The notes: generated from the sequence alone by a model not told the origin. A DNA stretch of 27,388 bases from an uncultured Bacteroidales bacterium (GCA_937886455.1 CALGCU010000288.1:1-27388); one strand, 5' to 3'; positions 9,837 to 20,119 are shown, counted from the first letter of the stretch. Program-made: numbers and translations.

Positions 9837-9871
9837 CAATATTTTTTTTGTCTTTAAATGTTTTTTGTGTG

Positions 9872-10699
9872 TTATTGTATTTCCTTTTGTTTCTTTTTAC
9901 GTCGTTTGATGTAAAGTGGTATTATTATGATGATGGCAAGAATCCAGAATGGCCATAAACTGAGACAAAACATGAGGAATGCAATGAAGTTGTGTCCTCC
10001 TTCTCTCAAAGCGTTGGCTATGTTGGAACCATTGTTTATGTTGGATGGTAGATTTTTGTAAAAAGTAATGCGGCAACTACTGTAGTCGATTTGTCGGTTG
10101 AGATAGTTGAGTTGTTGTGTTGTGGACTCTATGTCACTACGTATTTGGTTGAGCTCTCGTTCAATGGAGAGTATGTCATTGACATTGTTGGCCTTGGTGA
10201 GTAATTGAAGGTATTTCTTTTCTAATTCCTGCTTGTTGTGAAGTCGAGTTGACAGGTCGATGTGTTGAGTGGTAACGTCTTCTTGTGAGATGTCTTTATA
10301 GTCAATCTTCATGGCACCTGCTTCAATGCATAGTAAGAAGGTGTCTAATTGTTGTGCAGGGATTCGCACATGTAGTCTGTGGGTAATCTGTTTGTCGTTG
10401 TTTGTGATGTCCTCGTTTTCTACTATACCTCCGAATTCTTGAATGCACCGATCAATGTGTGTTTTGGTTTTTTTTGTGTCTTGAGTTTGGAAGGTGAGGT
10501 GTGCTGTACGTCTGATTTTTGTTTCTACTGTGGGGGCTCCGGCTTTATTTGATGCTATGTTACGCTTGCTTAGTTGTGGTGCAACATAATCTGCCTCTTC
10601 TTGGAAAGTGAGACGTTCTTCGGAATTGTTGTCAGAACGTGAAGGGTTGCATGCCCAAAGTGTGAGCATGCAACCTATGATATATAGTGTTTTTTTCAT
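9872..10699 (-). CDS. DUF4349-like lipoprotein with C-terminal membrane anchor
   Basis: Likely start MKKTLYIIGCMLTLWAC (lipobox-like) at 10699 rather than 10783. Motifs RIP, EDVTTQHID and IERELNQIRSDIE; C-terminal TM helix then basic tail. Confidence 0.82.
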   Translation of the reverse strand: MKKTLYIIGCMLTLWACNPSRSDNNSEERLTFQEEADYVAPQLSKRNIASNKAGAPTVETKIRRTAHLTFQTQDTKKTKTHIDRCIQEFGGIVENEDITNNDKQITHRLHVRIPAQQLDTFLLCIEAGAMKIDYKDISQEDVTTQHIDLSTRLHNKQELEKKYLQLLTKANNVNDILSIERELNQIRSDIESTTQQLNYLNRQIDYSSCRITFYKNLPSNINNGSNIANALREGGHNFIAFLMFCLSLWPFWILAIIIIIPLYIKRRKKKQKEIQ

Positions 10700-10700
10700 C

Positions 10701-12317
10701 TTATTGTTTGTTAGGTAATTCCAGTCCGTATCCGTATTTCTTGTCAACTCGTTTGAGGATGATGCCGATAATAAGTGCGGCAACTCCTAAGCATGCTAAC
10801 ATGACTAATGGCCATGTGTAGTTGAGTTGTGTTGGGTCAGTAACACCCGGGTTGGTTTTGTCGAGTACTTTTCCAATGAGTAATGGGAATAGCCACAATC
10901 CAATGTTTTGAATCCAGAAGATGAGTGCGTAAGCAGATCCAATGATTTTTTCATCTACCAGTTTTGGAACACTTGGCCATAGTGAGGCTGGTACGAGTGA
11001 GAATGATGCTCCTAATACCAAGATAGTGATGTAAGCAATGATAGTTCCTCCGATGGCACTTCCTTTAAACATTGGAAGGATAAATGCAAATGTGAGGTGA
11101 CACATAATCAGAAGGAGTGAGCCAATCATGAGCATTGAGGCGGCTTTTCCTTTGTTGTCAACATAGCTGCCCAGAATAGGTGTGATTGCAACGGCTAAGA
11201 GTGGGAATACTGCAAATATGGTCTCTGCTGTTCCGCGCATATAACCCATGATGCAATAACCGACGAGTGCTATGATGGCAATAGCCATGAAGGTGACTTT
11301 AAGGTTGGTTTTCTTCATGAAGTTGCTGATGAATGCGAATACTGCAACAACCAACATGATGATGTATTGGATGATGGTGACAGCATCACCAGCCCAGAAT
11401 GAATCAGATGCGGGGAGTTTGAGGGTGAGATTGCATTGAAGCATGTTCACTGCGTATTTTTGGAATGGGAAGATGGCTGAGTAGTATAATACGCATAATA
11501 ATGCTACCAACCAGAATCCTCTACTGGATAGGATTTTTCCTAAATCGCTAATTTTGAATGGGTCGTCTTTTTCTTCAGCTTCACCGGTTTGTTGGTCTAA
11601 TTTCTTGTCCATGAAGAAATATACGATGAACATGATGAGTGCGATGATGAGTAGGATGACTCCGAATGCCACTGAGCGTGATACGTCGATGTTTCCTCCT
11701 AATTTGGCAAAGAAGGGTGAGAAAATCATGCATGTTGCAACGCCTAAACGTGCTAATGCCATTTCAGACCCCATAGCCATGGCTGTTTCACGACCTTTAA
11801 ACCATTTGACTATACCACGTGATACTGTGATACCTGCCATTTCTACTCCGCATCCGAAGATCATAAATCCGATTGTGGCAAACTTGGCAGATGCCGGCAT
11901 TCCTTCGTAGAAGGGAGATACTCCTAATTCTTCAAAGACGGGTATGTAGTTGAGGTGGGTGTTAAACCAATGTTCTAAGTTGCTTCCTTGAAACATGTCT
12001 GTGACAGCATACCAATTGATGGAGGCTCCCACTAACATTACAACTCCTGATAGTACGGCTGTGAAGCGTACGCCCATTTTGTCGAGTATGATACCGGCAA
12101 AGATGAGGAAGAAGATGAATACGTTAAGGAATGTTTCTGAACCTTGCATGGTTCCAAATGCGGTTGAGTCCCATCCTCTTTCAGATTGCATGAGGTCTTT
12201 AATGGGAGAGAGGATGTCCATGAAAATGTAGGAACAGAACATGGCGAGTGCCAAAAGTAACAAGGCTGTCCAGCGTATTGCAGCATTGTCACGTAGTAGT
12301 TTCTGAGTTGTGTTCAT
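10701..12317 (-). CDS. MFS transporter (Bacteroidetes MFSD1-like family)
   Basis: Motif A-like GIILDKMGVR, KWFKGRE and GSYVDNKG. Start moved to MNTTQK (12317) because a promoter lies within the longer ORF's 5' extension. Confidence 0.88.
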   Translation of the reverse strand: MNTTQKLLRDNAAIRWTALLLLALAMFCSYIFMDILSPIKDLMQSERGWDSTAFGTMQGSETFLNVFIFFLIFAGIILDKMGVRFTAVLSGVVMLVGASINWYAVTDMFQGSNLEHWFNTHLNYIPVFEELGVSPFYEGMPASAKFATIGFMIFGCGVEMAGITVSRGIVKWFKGRETAMAMGSEMALARLGVATCMIFSPFFAKLGGNIDVSRSVAFGVILLIIALIMFIVYFFMDKKLDQQTGEAEEKDDPFKISDLGKILSSRGFWLVALLCVLYYSAIFPFQKYAVNMLQCNLTLKLPASDSFWAGDAVTIIQYIIMLVVAVFAFISNFMKKTNLKVTFMAIAIIALVGYCIMGYMRGTAETIFAVFPLLAVAITPILGSYVDNKGKAASMLMIGSLLLIMCHLTFAFILPMFKGSAIGGTIIAYITILVLGASFSLVPASLWPSVPKLVDEKIIGSAYALIFWIQNIGLWLFPLLIGKVLDKTNPGVTDPTQLNYTWPLVMLACLGVAALIIGIILKRVDKKYGYGLELPNKQ

Positions 12318-12352
12318 TGTTGTTTTGTTTAGTGAATGATTTATTTCTTGTA

Positions 12353-12384
12353 CAAAGGTAGTGTAATTTTGTAGTATGAGCAAA
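12353..12384 (-). promoter_or_regulatory. Housekeeping promoter for the MFS-DUF4349 unit
   Basis: -7 TACCTTTG (12353-12360), 20-nt spacer, -33 TTTG (12381-12384). Confidence 0.72.
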
Positions 12385-12427
12385 GTTGAGGGCTGTTGTG
12401 TGGTGTTTTTGTGTGGTGAGGATGTGT

Positions 12428-12471
12428 AAAAAAAGAATACGTTCCAAGAAGTGTATGTCTTGGAACGTATT
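12428..12471 (-). terminator. Intrinsic terminator after dnaJ
   Basis: 14-bp perfect stem AATACGTTCCAAGA / TCTTGGAACGTATT followed by a T tract on the - strand. Confidence 0.85.
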
Positions 12472-12491
12472 GCTTGATGTGTATGAATGTT

Positions 12492-13640
12492 CTATTGGAA
12501 CATGTTTTTGAAACTGCGGAAGAAGTTGCTTTTGCTTGATGTGGAAGGCTCCATGTTGTCTGATTTAGCTAGTGCTTCCATGAGTTTCTTTTCTTCTTTG
12601 TTGAGTTTTTCGGGAATATACACGCCGATATTGATTAATAAATCGCCCGTTCCATAGGTGTTGAATCCGGGTAATCCTTTTCCTCTTAATCGTAGTACTT
12701 TTCCGGGTTGTGTTCCCGGTGAGATGGTTACTTTTACTTTTCCATCAATGGTGGGAACTTCTACTTGTCCTCCCATAGCAGCGGTTGGTACGCTGAGTAG
12801 CAGATTGTAGATGAGGTCGTTTTCATCGCGTATGAGTTCCGGATGTGGTTCTTCTTCAATGAGGATTAGCAAATCTCCATTGACTCCTCCTCGGCGTGCA
12901 GCATTACCCTTACCTGACATTTGGAGTTGGATTCCTTCTGATACGCCAGCGGGTATTTTGATTGAGATAACTTCTTCACCTCTAATGATGCCTTCGCCTG
13001 AGCAGTGTGAACATTTATGTTTGATAATCTTGCCATCTCCTCCGCATGTAGGGCACTCGCTTTGTGTCTGCATGTCGCCGAGAATGGTGCGCTGAATTCG
13101 TGTGATTCTTCCTGTTCCGTGGCATTGCGTACAAGTTTCAGTTCCTGAGTTTTTCTCTGCTCCTGTTCCTTGACATTCCGGACAAGGGATGAGTTTTTTG
13201 ACTTTTATTTTCTTTTCTACTCCATTAGCGATTTCGGATAGGTTGAGTTTCACTTTTACACGTAGGTCAGAGCCTCTTCTGACACGAGGCCCGCGTTGTG
13301 AGCTACCGAAACCACCAAATCCACCAAATCCTCCGAAGTGTCCACCGAAGATGTCTCCAAAGTGTGAGAAGATATCTTCCATATTCATACCTCCGCCAGA
13401 GAATCCTCCAGCACCTCCCATACCGGCATGTCCAAATTGGTCATAGCGTTGTCTTTTTTGGGGGTCACTTAGGACTTCGTATGCTTCGGCTGCTTCTTTG
13501 AATTTTTCTTCAGCTTCAGTGTCTCCCGGATTTTTGTCGGGATGATATTGTATGGCCTTTTTTCTGTAGGCTTTTTTGATTTCTTCGGGTGAGGCTGTTT
13601 TTGCTACTCCAAGAACTTCGTAATAATCTCTTTTTTCCAT
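12492..13640 (-). CDS. dnaJ: Chaperone DnaJ
   Basis: J domain with HPD, G/F region and four CxxCxGxG repeats. Likely start MEKRDYY (ATG 13640) rather than TTG 13664. Confidence 0.97.
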   Translation of the reverse strand: MEKRDYYEVLGVAKTASPEEIKKAYRKKAIQYHPDKNPGDTEAEEKFKEAAEAYEVLSDPQKRQRYDQFGHAGMGGAGGFSGGGMNMEDIFSHFGDIFGGHFGGFGGFGGFGSSQRGPRVRRGSDLRVKVKLNLSEIANGVEKKIKVKKLIPCPECQGTGAEKNSGTETCTQCHGTGRITRIQRTILGDMQTQSECPTCGGDGKIIKHKCSHCSGEGIIRGEEVISIKIPAGVSEGIQLQMSGKGNAARRGGVNGDLLILIEEEPHPELIRDENDLIYNLLLSVPTAAMGGQVEVPTIDGKVKVTISPGTQPGKVLRLRGKGLPGFNTYGTGDLLINIGVYIPEKLNKEEKKLMEALAKSDNMEPSTSSKSNFFRSFKNMFQ

Positions 13641-13653
13641 TGTCGTTTTTTTG

Positions 13654-14235
13654 TTATTCTCCAACTACTACTTTGGCGAAGCGGATTACTTTTTCGTTGA
13701 GGGTGTATCCTTTGGTTGTGCAATCAATAATTTTCCCTTTCATAGCCTCTTCCGGAGCAGGGATGGTGGTGATTGCTTCATGGAATTCTACGTCAAACAT
13801 TTGGTTTTCAGTGTCCATTGCTTTTACTCCGTTTCTTTCGAGGAAGTTGATAAATTTATTATAAATAATCTCAACACCTTCTCGAAGCGCTACGTTTTCA
13901 GGAGTGGGTTGTATGGATGCAAGTGCTCTTTCAAAGTCGTCAATTAGGGGAAGCATATCTTTAAAAATGTTTTCTCCTGCATTTTTTATGATATCTGCTT
14001 TTTCTTTGATAGTGCGTCTTCTATAATTGTCAAACTCTGCCATTAACCGTAGATTTTTGTCAGTAAGTTCGGCGCATTTTTCGGTGAGTTGACTGATTTG
14101 TTCTTGTTGAGAGTTCTCTTGTTCTGTATGTTGTTCGTTGGTAGACTCCTGTTGTGTGTTTTGTTCGTTTACAGGAGTTTCTTGATTGGTAACTGTTTCT
14201 TTTGGGTTGTTCTTCTCTTGTTTCGTCTGTTTCAT
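13654..14235 (-). CDS. grpE: Nucleotide exchange factor GrpE
   Basis: [30 protein letters not shown] and [15 protein letters not shown]. Confidence 0.97.
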   Translation of the reverse strand: MKQTKQEKNNPKETVTNQETPVNEQNTQQESTNEQHTEQENSQQEQISQLTEKCAELTDKNLRLMAEFDNYRRRTIKEKADIIKNAGENIFKDMLPLIDDFERALASIQPTPENVALREGVEIIYNKFINFLERNGVKAMDTENQMFDVEFHEAITTIPAPEEAMKGKIIDCTTKGYTLNEKVIRFAKVVVGE

Positions 14236-14271
14236 GTTGGTTGTATTCTATGTTTTTATGCAACTCTAATG

Positions 14272-14312
14272 TCAATTACTTTGCCAAAGTGTGTAATGTG
14301 TCAAAATGTCAG
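14272..14312 (-). promoter_or_regulatory. Sigma54-like -24/-12 promoter plus TGACA-N3-TGACA upstream repeat for grpE-dnaJ
   Basis: On the - strand: CTGACATTTTGACA (14299-14312) then TGGCAAAGTAATTGA (14272-14286), against consensus TGGCAC-N5-TTGC. Confidence 0.55.
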
Positions 14313-15076
14313 TGTTGTTTCATGCGAATCATGATGGCACTAAATACTTTTTTTGTGTAAAGTGGAAAGTCACTTTGCATAATCCATCCGTAGTAACCAC
14401 TGTCTTTTTTGAGTACTTCTTCGGCGATTTGACCTTTGTATTTGCCGAAGTTGATGACTTCTTGTCCGTTGTTGTTGTAAATGATACGTCCTGCGTAGTC
14501 GGCATTGTTGCTATTTGTAGTGAATTTGGCAAGAAAGTCTATGTCGTTTTGTAGTGTGGGGTATCGTTCAAGTTGTGCTTTCAGCACTTCGTAAGTGGCC
14601 GCAGTGTCAGCGTCGGCTGAATGTGCATTTTCAAGTGTTTTTCCACAATAGAATTTGTAGGCAGCAGAGAGTGTTCTTTGTTCCATTTTATGGAAGATAA
14701 CTTGTACGTCAACAAATTTTCTTTTTTTGAAATCTATATCCACGTTTGCTCTCAGGAATTCTTCGGCTAACATTGGCACGTCAAATTTATTGGAATTGTA
14801 GCCTGCAATGTCACATCCGCTAATGTCTTGCATAATCTCTTTTGCCACTTCTTTAAACGTGGGACATGTGGCAACGTCTTCGTCGTAAATTCCATGTATG
14901 GCTGAAGCTTCTTCCGGGATGTGACATTCAGGGTTTATACGATGGGTTTTGGATTCTTCTTTTCCGTTGGGATAAACTTTGAGGTAGGATATCTCAACAA
15001 TTCTGTCTGAACATATATTGATTCCTGTTGTCTCAAGGTCAAAGAAAATGATTGGATTCTTTAGATTAAGTTTCAT
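14309..15076 (-). CDS. DEDDh 3'-5' exonuclease (DNA polymerase III epsilon-like)
   Basis: FFDLETTG (ExoI), YNSNKFD (ExoII) and HSADAD (ExoIII); immediately downstream of dnaN. Confidence 0.92.
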   Translation of the reverse strand: MKLNLKNPIIFFDLETTGINICSDRIVEISYLKVYPNGKEESKTHRINPECHIPEEASAIHGIYDEDVATCPTFKEVAKEIMQDISGCDIAGYNSNKFDVPMLAEEFLRANVDIDFKKRKFVDVQVIFHKMEQRTLSAAYKFYCGKTLENAHSADADTAATYEVLKAQLERYPTLQNDIDFLAKFTTNSNNADYAGRIIYNNNGQEVINFGKYKGQIAEEVLKKDSGYYGWIMQSDFPLYTKKVFSAIMIRMKQH

Positions 15077-15100
15077 GTGTAAAGTAACTTTTATAAATTT

Positions 15101-15134
15101 ATGAGACTGTGCCAGTGACCCGGCACAGTCTCAT
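15101..15134. other. Intergenic 13-bp perfect hairpin between dnaN and the exonuclease
   Basis: ATGAGACTGTGCC / GGCACAGTCTCAT with an 8-nt loop; no adjacent U tract in the transcribed (-) direction. Confidence 0.7.
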
Positions 15135-15159
15135 GATGAGTTTTTGTATTATTTATAGT

Positions 15160-16284
15160 TTAGTCGTTGAGCAACATTGGCATGAGTAGCATAAGAAGGT
15201 CTTTGTTTTCTTGATTTTCTAATGGGAGGATTAAACCAGCTCGTGATGGGTCAGCCAATTCAAGCATAACTTCGTCAGAATGCGTGTTGCCGATTAGGTC
15301 AATCAAGAATGGAGCTTTAAATCCGATGCTTATATTTTCATCGCTATATTGACAAGCAATTATTTCTTCAGCTGATGTTGAGAAGTCAATGTCTTGTGCG
15401 GAAATTTTAATTCTGTTTTCGGTGAGCTCTAATTTTACTAAGTTGCTTCCTTGGTTGGCATATACAGCCACGCGTTTGAGTGCGTTAATAAATGTGTTTT
15501 TATCAATAATTACTTTTTTAGGGTTAGCTTGTGGAATGACAGCCTCGTAATTTGGGAAACGTCCTTCAATTTGGAGACATACCATGGTGTAGTTTGCTAA
15601 CGTGAAGCGCATATTCTTGTTGTCAAACTGGATTTCAACATCGCCATCTTCTTTGGCTAATATGTTTTTAAGTAGGTTGGCAGGTTTCTTTGGTAAAATG
15701 AAGCCGGCTTTTTGTGCTCCTGCAACATCCAAGATTTTGTAGCGTACAAGTTTATGAGCATCAGTTGCTACTGCAGTAAGGTCTGTGGTGTTGATGTCAA
15801 AGTAGATACCATTCATCACAGGTCTTAAATCATCATCAGCAGAGCAGAATAATGTCTTGTTGATAGCATCAAGCAGTGATTGTGCGTTGATGGTGAGTGA
15901 ATTGGTGTCCTCTTTTAATTCAGGTAGTTCAGGAAATTCATCTGCATTTTTACCGATGAAGTTATATGTTCCATTTTCTGATGTTATAACGAGTTCTAAG
16001 TTTTCGTTATTGATTTCAAATTGCAGAGGTTGTTCTGAGAATTCTTTTAATGTGTCAATGAGTAATTTGGTGGCAATGGCAACTTTTCCGTTTTCATCTC
16101 CTTGTTCTACTTCAAATGAACTGATTACTGTTGTTTCTATGTCGGAGGCGGTTAGTTTTAGTGTTGTTCCGTTTAGTTCGAATACAACATTGTCTAAAAT
16201 AGCCATTGTGTTTTTATTGCTAATAACTCGACTGATAGTTTGCAAATGTCCGAGTAATTGTGTGCTGGATACTATAAATTTCAT
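15160..16284 (-). CDS. dnaN: DNA polymerase III beta sliding clamp
   Basis: 374 aa; LRPVMNG, VATDAHKL, EGRFPNY and terminal LLMPM. Confidence 0.97.
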   Translation of the reverse strand: MKFIVSSTQLLGHLQTISRVISNKNTMAILDNVVFELNGTTLKLTASDIETTVISSFEVEQGDENGKVAIATKLLIDTLKEFSEQPLQFEINNENLELVITSENGTYNFIGKNADEFPELPELKEDTNSLTINAQSLLDAINKTLFCSADDDLRPVMNGIYFDINTTDLTAVATDAHKLVRYKILDVAGAQKAGFILPKKPANLLKNILAKEDGDVEIQFDNKNMRFTLANYTMVCLQIEGRFPNYEAVIPQANPKKVIIDKNTFINALKRVAVYANQGSNLVKLELTENRIKISAQDIDFSTSAEEIIACQYSDENISIGFKAPFLIDLIGNTHSDEVMLELADPSRAGLILPLENQENKDLLMLLMPMLLND

Positions 16285-16313
16285 GATAAATGTAGTTTGT
16301 AATTTCTATCGTA

Positions 16314-16344
16314 CAAATTTATGCAAAAAAATATAATTAACAAA
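16314..16344 (-). promoter_or_regulatory. Housekeeping promoter for dnaN
   Basis: -7 TAAATTTG (16314-16321), 19-nt spacer, -33 TTTG (16341-16344). Confidence 0.65.
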
Positions 16345-16373
16345 ATGTTATGACAAAATAATGTTTACCTTAT

Positions 16374-16865
16374 TTACTTGCCTAACTCAATTACTTCCAA
16401 ATTGTCAATTTTTCCATTGTCAATTTCAAAACGGATGAGTGTGGATACCAATTGTTGTCCGTATCTGCCTGCAGCACCGGGATTGATGTGGAGTGTATGG
16501 AATGTGTGGTCATATTGTACTTTCAAGAGGTGTGAATGTCCACAAATGAATAGGTCCGGATGGTGGAAGAGTAGTTCTTGTTTAATGCCGGTGGCATATT
16601 TTGGGGGATGTCCACCTATATGTGTCATCATTACTTTTATCCCCTCACATTCGAAATGAAGTGTTTGTGTTGTTCTTATCCGAATGTCATGACTGTCAAT
16701 GTTACCCCATACGGCTCTCGTTGTCTTGAATTTTTCAAGTGTGTCTAACACCTCTGGGGAACCGATGTCGCCAGCATGCCAGATTTCGTCACATTCTTTA
16801 AAATGCTTAAAGATGTGTGGATGTAAATATCCATGAGTGTCAGACAGTAGGCCTATTCGCTTCAT
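16374..16865 (-). CDS. Metallophosphoesterase (YfcE/MJ0936-like)
   Basis: SDTH, HAGD, GNID, GHSH and NPG motifs. Confidence 0.92.
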   Translation of the reverse strand: MKRIGLLSDTHGYLHPHIFKHFKECDEIWHAGDIGSPEVLDTLEKFKTTRAVWGNIDSHDIRIRTTQTLHFECEGIKVMMTHIGGHPPKYATGIKQELLFHHPDLFICGHSHLLKVQYDHTFHTLHINPGAAGRYGQQLVSTLIRFEIDNGKIDNLEVIELGK

Positions 16866-16868
16866 GCA

Positions 16869-17537
16869 TTATTTCCACAATTTGATTCCTAATGAAACAT
16901 TAAATGTGTTAAGGGGATCTTTGTATTGTGTTGATATGGCAGTTCCTATTTCGTTGATTGTTGTGGTTTTACGTAAGTCACTAATCAAATTGTAGCGCAT
17001 TTCTAAATTGAGTAGTCCAAAGAATTCAAACCCAATGCCGGTGTCTAATCCGATCGCCATAGGTCTAAGTTCATCAACATAGTTTTCATTGATTGACCAA
17101 CTTCCATCAAGAGCTGCGTATTTTGTAGAACTATTGATGTTGAAACGAAATTTAGGTCCAAGTGTAAATCGCATGTTAAATCCATCACCTATGCGAAACA
17201 TTCTCCATCCGAATAGCAAAGGAATGTCAACAGCACTTGTGGTGGAGAGTTGCTTGATATTACCCACTTCTGTCACCATAAAAGTATTCTCGTTTACTTC
17301 ATGGTTGTATAGTATTTCGGGTTGGAAGTACACTTGATTACCAACGCGAGCAAACAATCCTGCGTGAAATCCTTGAGCATTTTGAGGATTGATGGTTGAC
17401 CACTCGGCATCTCCCATTTGTGCAAAGCTGAGTGTTGTAGTATAGCCACCTTTGACACCAAGATTAAATCCTGCAAAAGCAGATGATGTGCAAATTATTA
17501 TTGTGGTAACGATGAAGAGTAATTTTTTCTTATTCAT
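16869..17537 (-). CDS. Outer-membrane beta-barrel protein (Bacteroidetes porin family)
   Basis: Signal peptide, GVKGG, GFHAGLFAR, YFQPEILY, DIPLLFG and amphipathic C-terminal strand. Confidence 0.8.
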   Translation of the reverse strand: MNKKKLLFIVTTIIICTSSAFAGFNLGVKGGYTTTLSFAQMGDAEWSTINPQNAQGFHAGLFARVGNQVYFQPEILYNHEVNENTFMVTEVGNIKQLSTTSAVDIPLLFGWRMFRIGDGFNMRFTLGPKFRFNINSSTKYAALDGSWSINENYVDELRPMAIGLDTGIGFEFFGLLNLEMRYNLISDLRKTTTINEIGTAISTQYKDPLNTFNVSLGIKLWK

Positions 17538-17590
17538 ATTTTCTGGGTTGAGTTTGTTAAGTGATAAAATAATTTAATGTTAAGACTTTG

Positions 17591-17605
17591 ACAAATATTG
17601 TGCCA
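17591..17605 (-). promoter_or_regulatory. Sigma54-like promoter upstream of the beta-barrel gene
   Basis: - strand TGGCACAATATTTGT, one mismatch from TGGCAC-N5-TTGC. Confidence 0.5.
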
Positions 17606-17612
17606 TATGATT

Positions 17613-19319
17613 TTAATCGAATTGAGGCTTTCTGTCATTTGCTTCGTTCCATGTGAGTAGTGGAATACTTTCCACTTCTTCTTGTTGTATTGTTGTTTGT
17701 CGCTTGCTGTTGGCTGCAATGTATGTCTCTTTACTTTCTGCGTGTCGGAGTTGTTCTGCAATGTGTACGTTAAATGCCGCATCTTTGCTGTGAAATACAG
17801 GTCCCGAATAGAGTGGGGCAATTTTAAGTGCAGTATGTTTTTCTGATGTTGTTGCTCCTCCGATGATGAGTGGTATTTTCACCTTCTTTTGCTCCAAAAG
17901 TCGTGCAACCTCACACATTTCTTGTAGAGATGGAGTGATAAGTCCACTCAGTCCGATGATATCTACATTTTCTTGTATGGCTGTTTTTACAATAACATCT
18001 GCAGGTGTCATTACCCCTAAGTCAATAATTTCATAGTTGTTGCAGGCCAATATGACACTAACAATGTTTTTTCCTATGTCGTGTACATCTCCGTTGACTG
18101 TAGCAAGTAGGATTTTACCATTCTTTTTCCCTCCTTCTTGTGCGTTCTGTTGTTCAATTGTGGGTTGTAAGATGGCTACTGCATTTTTCATTGTTCGTGC
18201 AGTCTTTACTACTTGTGGTAGAAACATCTTGCCTTCTCCAAAGAGTTCTCCCACTTTTCTCATGCCATTCATAAGGGGGCGCTCGATTACCTCCAGAGGA
18301 TTGTTATAACAAGATAGTGCTTCTTGTAAATCTTCTTCTAAATAAGTGGAAATGCCCTTTGTGAGTGCATATTCTAGTCGTTTATCTACATTGTTGTTTC
18401 TCCAGTCATCTTGTTTGGTCTGCTTGTTTTCTGTCGTGGTGTGGTTAATTTGTTGTGCTATTTCTACCAATTTTTCTGCTGCGTGGGGTGAAGTGTTTAA
18501 GATTACATCCTCAACAGCTTGTAGTAACTCAGGCTCAATGTCTTGGTACAATGGTAATACTCCTGCATTTACAATACCCATATCCATGCCGGCAGAGATG
18601 GCATGATGAAGGAATACAGCGTGCATAGCCTCTCTGACACGATTGTTTCCCCTAAATGCGAAAGATAAGTTACTCACACCACCACTTACTTTTGCGTGTG
18701 GCAAGTTGTGCTTGATCCATGCAGTGGCTTTGATGAAATCTGCTGCATAACTATTGTGTTCCTCAATTCCCGTAGCTACTGCAAGTATATTAGGGTCGAA
18801 AATGATATCTTGTGGTGGGAATCCTTGCCGTGTGAGTAATTTGTAGGCTCTCTCACACACTTCTATTTTGCGTTCGTATGTGTCGGCTTGACCTTTTTCG
18901 TCAAAAGCCATTACTACAATAGCAGCTCCCAATTCTTGAATGCGTCGTGCGCGTTCTAAGAATAATTTTTCGCCTTCTTTGAGGCTGATGGAATTTACAA
19001 TTGACTTACCTTGTGTACACTTTAACCCGGCTTCAATGACATTAAAGTCAGAAGAGTCAAGCATTAAGGGCACTTTCGCAATTTCAGGCTCGGAAACCAA
19101 TAAACGGATAAAATGGCACATTTCATTGCGTGCATTTAAAAGCCCATCGTCAAAGTTTAAGTCTAAGATTAAAGCGCCATTATCTACCTGTTCTCTAGCA
19201 ATTTCTACAGCTTCGGTATAGTTTTTTTCGTTGATAAGTCGCAAGAATTTACGTGAACCGGCTACGTTACAGCGTTCGCCTACATTGATAAAAGCACTTC
19301 CTTTGGTGTATGATGTCAT
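17613..19319 (-). CDS. metH: Cobalamin-dependent methionine synthase module: pterin-binding + cap + B12-binding domains only
   Basis: [28 protein letters not shown] and SGGVSNLSF (folate domain); MFLPQVVK (cap); DVHDIG...SGL...GG (DxHxxG B12 motif). The homocysteine-binding and AdoMet reactivation domains are absent. Confidence 0.9.
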   Translation of the reverse strand: MTSYTKGSAFINVGERCNVAGSRKFLRLINEKNYTEAVEIAREQVDNGALILDLNFDDGLLNARNEMCHFIRLLVSEPEIAKVPLMLDSSDFNVIEAGLKCTQGKSIVNSISLKEGEKLFLERARRIQELGAAIVVMAFDEKGQADTYERKIEVCERAYKLLTRQGFPPQDIIFDPNILAVATGIEEHNSYAADFIKATAWIKHNLPHAKVSGGVSNLSFAFRGNNRVREAMHAVFLHHAISAGMDMGIVNAGVLPLYQDIEPELLQAVEDVILNTSPHAAEKLVEIAQQINHTTTENKQTKQDDWRNNNVDKRLEYALTKGISTYLEEDLQEALSCYNNPLEVIERPLMNGMRKVGELFGEGKMFLPQVVKTARTMKNAVAILQPTIEQQNAQEGGKKNGKILLATVNGDVHDIGKNIVSVILACNNYEIIDLGVMTPADVIVKTAIQENVDIIGLSGLITPSLQEMCEVARLLEQKKVKIPLIIGGATTSEKHTALKIAPLYSGPVFHSKDAAFNVHIAEQLRHAESKETYIAANSKRQTTIQQEEVESIPLLTWNEANDRKPQFD

Positions 19320-19322
19320 TTT

Positions 19323-20051
19323 TTACAATCTTTTTTCTATACGTTTAGTGGTGAGCAATACAAATATGGCGCTCACCGAGAGAAAATAAATAATGTCGCG
19401 TGTGTCAAGTATACCTCGACTGATTGATTTGTAGTGAGCATGAAAACCCAACCACTCAATGGCACTTACGGTCTCTCCGTTGCTGAAAAAACTACCAACA
19501 ATGTCAAATCCGTAAAATAACAAGAAACAGATAATCAGTCCTAAAATAAAGGCTACAATCTGATTGTGTGTGAGTGCGGAGGCAAATGTGCCCACAGAGG
19601 TGTTGATTCCAACAAGGAATATCAATCCTATAAATGAACCCCAGAATGCGCCGCTATCTACATTGCCTACAGGCTCGGCAATGTAGTAAACCGTGAAATA
19701 GTATATGCAACAGGGGAGTAATGCAATGACTGCAAGAAACCAACTTGCCAGGTATTTACCTAATACAATTTTCCAGCGTTTAATGGGTGCGGTTTGTAAT
19801 AAGTCCCAAGTGCGATTTTGCTTTTCTTCTGCAAATAAACGCATTGTGATGGCAGGACATAGAAAGAGAAACAACCATGGGGCTAACATAAATAAACCAT
19901 CTACTTGTGCATAGCCCGATTCTAAAATGTTGTATGGTCCGGGTATGACCCATAGTAACAGAGATGTGGCAAGTAGAAACAAACCTATAACAATATATCC
20001 TGTGGCGTTACTGAAAAAATAGCGCAATTCTTTCTTAAAGATTGTATACAT
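19323..20051 (-). CDS. gldF: GldF-like ABC-2 transporter permease
   Basis: KKELRYFF, PWLFLFLCPAITMRLFAEEK, IVLGKY and HYKSISRGILDTRDIIYF. Confidence 0.88.
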   Translation of the reverse strand: MYTIFKKELRYFFSNATGYIVIGLFLLATSLLLWVIPGPYNILESGYAQVDGLFMLAPWLFLFLCPAITMRLFAEEKQNRTWDLLQTAPIKRWKIVLGKYLASWFLAVIALLPCCIYYFTVYYIAEPVGNVDSGAFWGSFIGLIFLVGINTSVGTFASALTHNQIVAFILGLIICFLLFYGFDIVGSFFSNGETVSAIEWLGFHAHYKSISRGILDTRDIIYFLSVSAIFVLLTTKRIEKRL

Positions 20052-20111
20052 TAAAAATTGTAGATTTAGTGGTAATAAAAATCTTTGCCTGAATCAGGCA
20101 ATATGCGCACA

Positions 20112-20119
20112 CAAAGGTA
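20112..20119 (-). promoter_or_regulatory. -7 promoter box TACCTTTG upstream of gldF
   Basis: CAAAGGTA on + strand, 60 nt upstream of the start codon. Confidence 0.55.

Noticed and set aside
13300..13350. 9-bp-period repeats (CCACCAAAT...)
   Set aside because: They simply encode the GGF repeats of the DnaJ G/F region.
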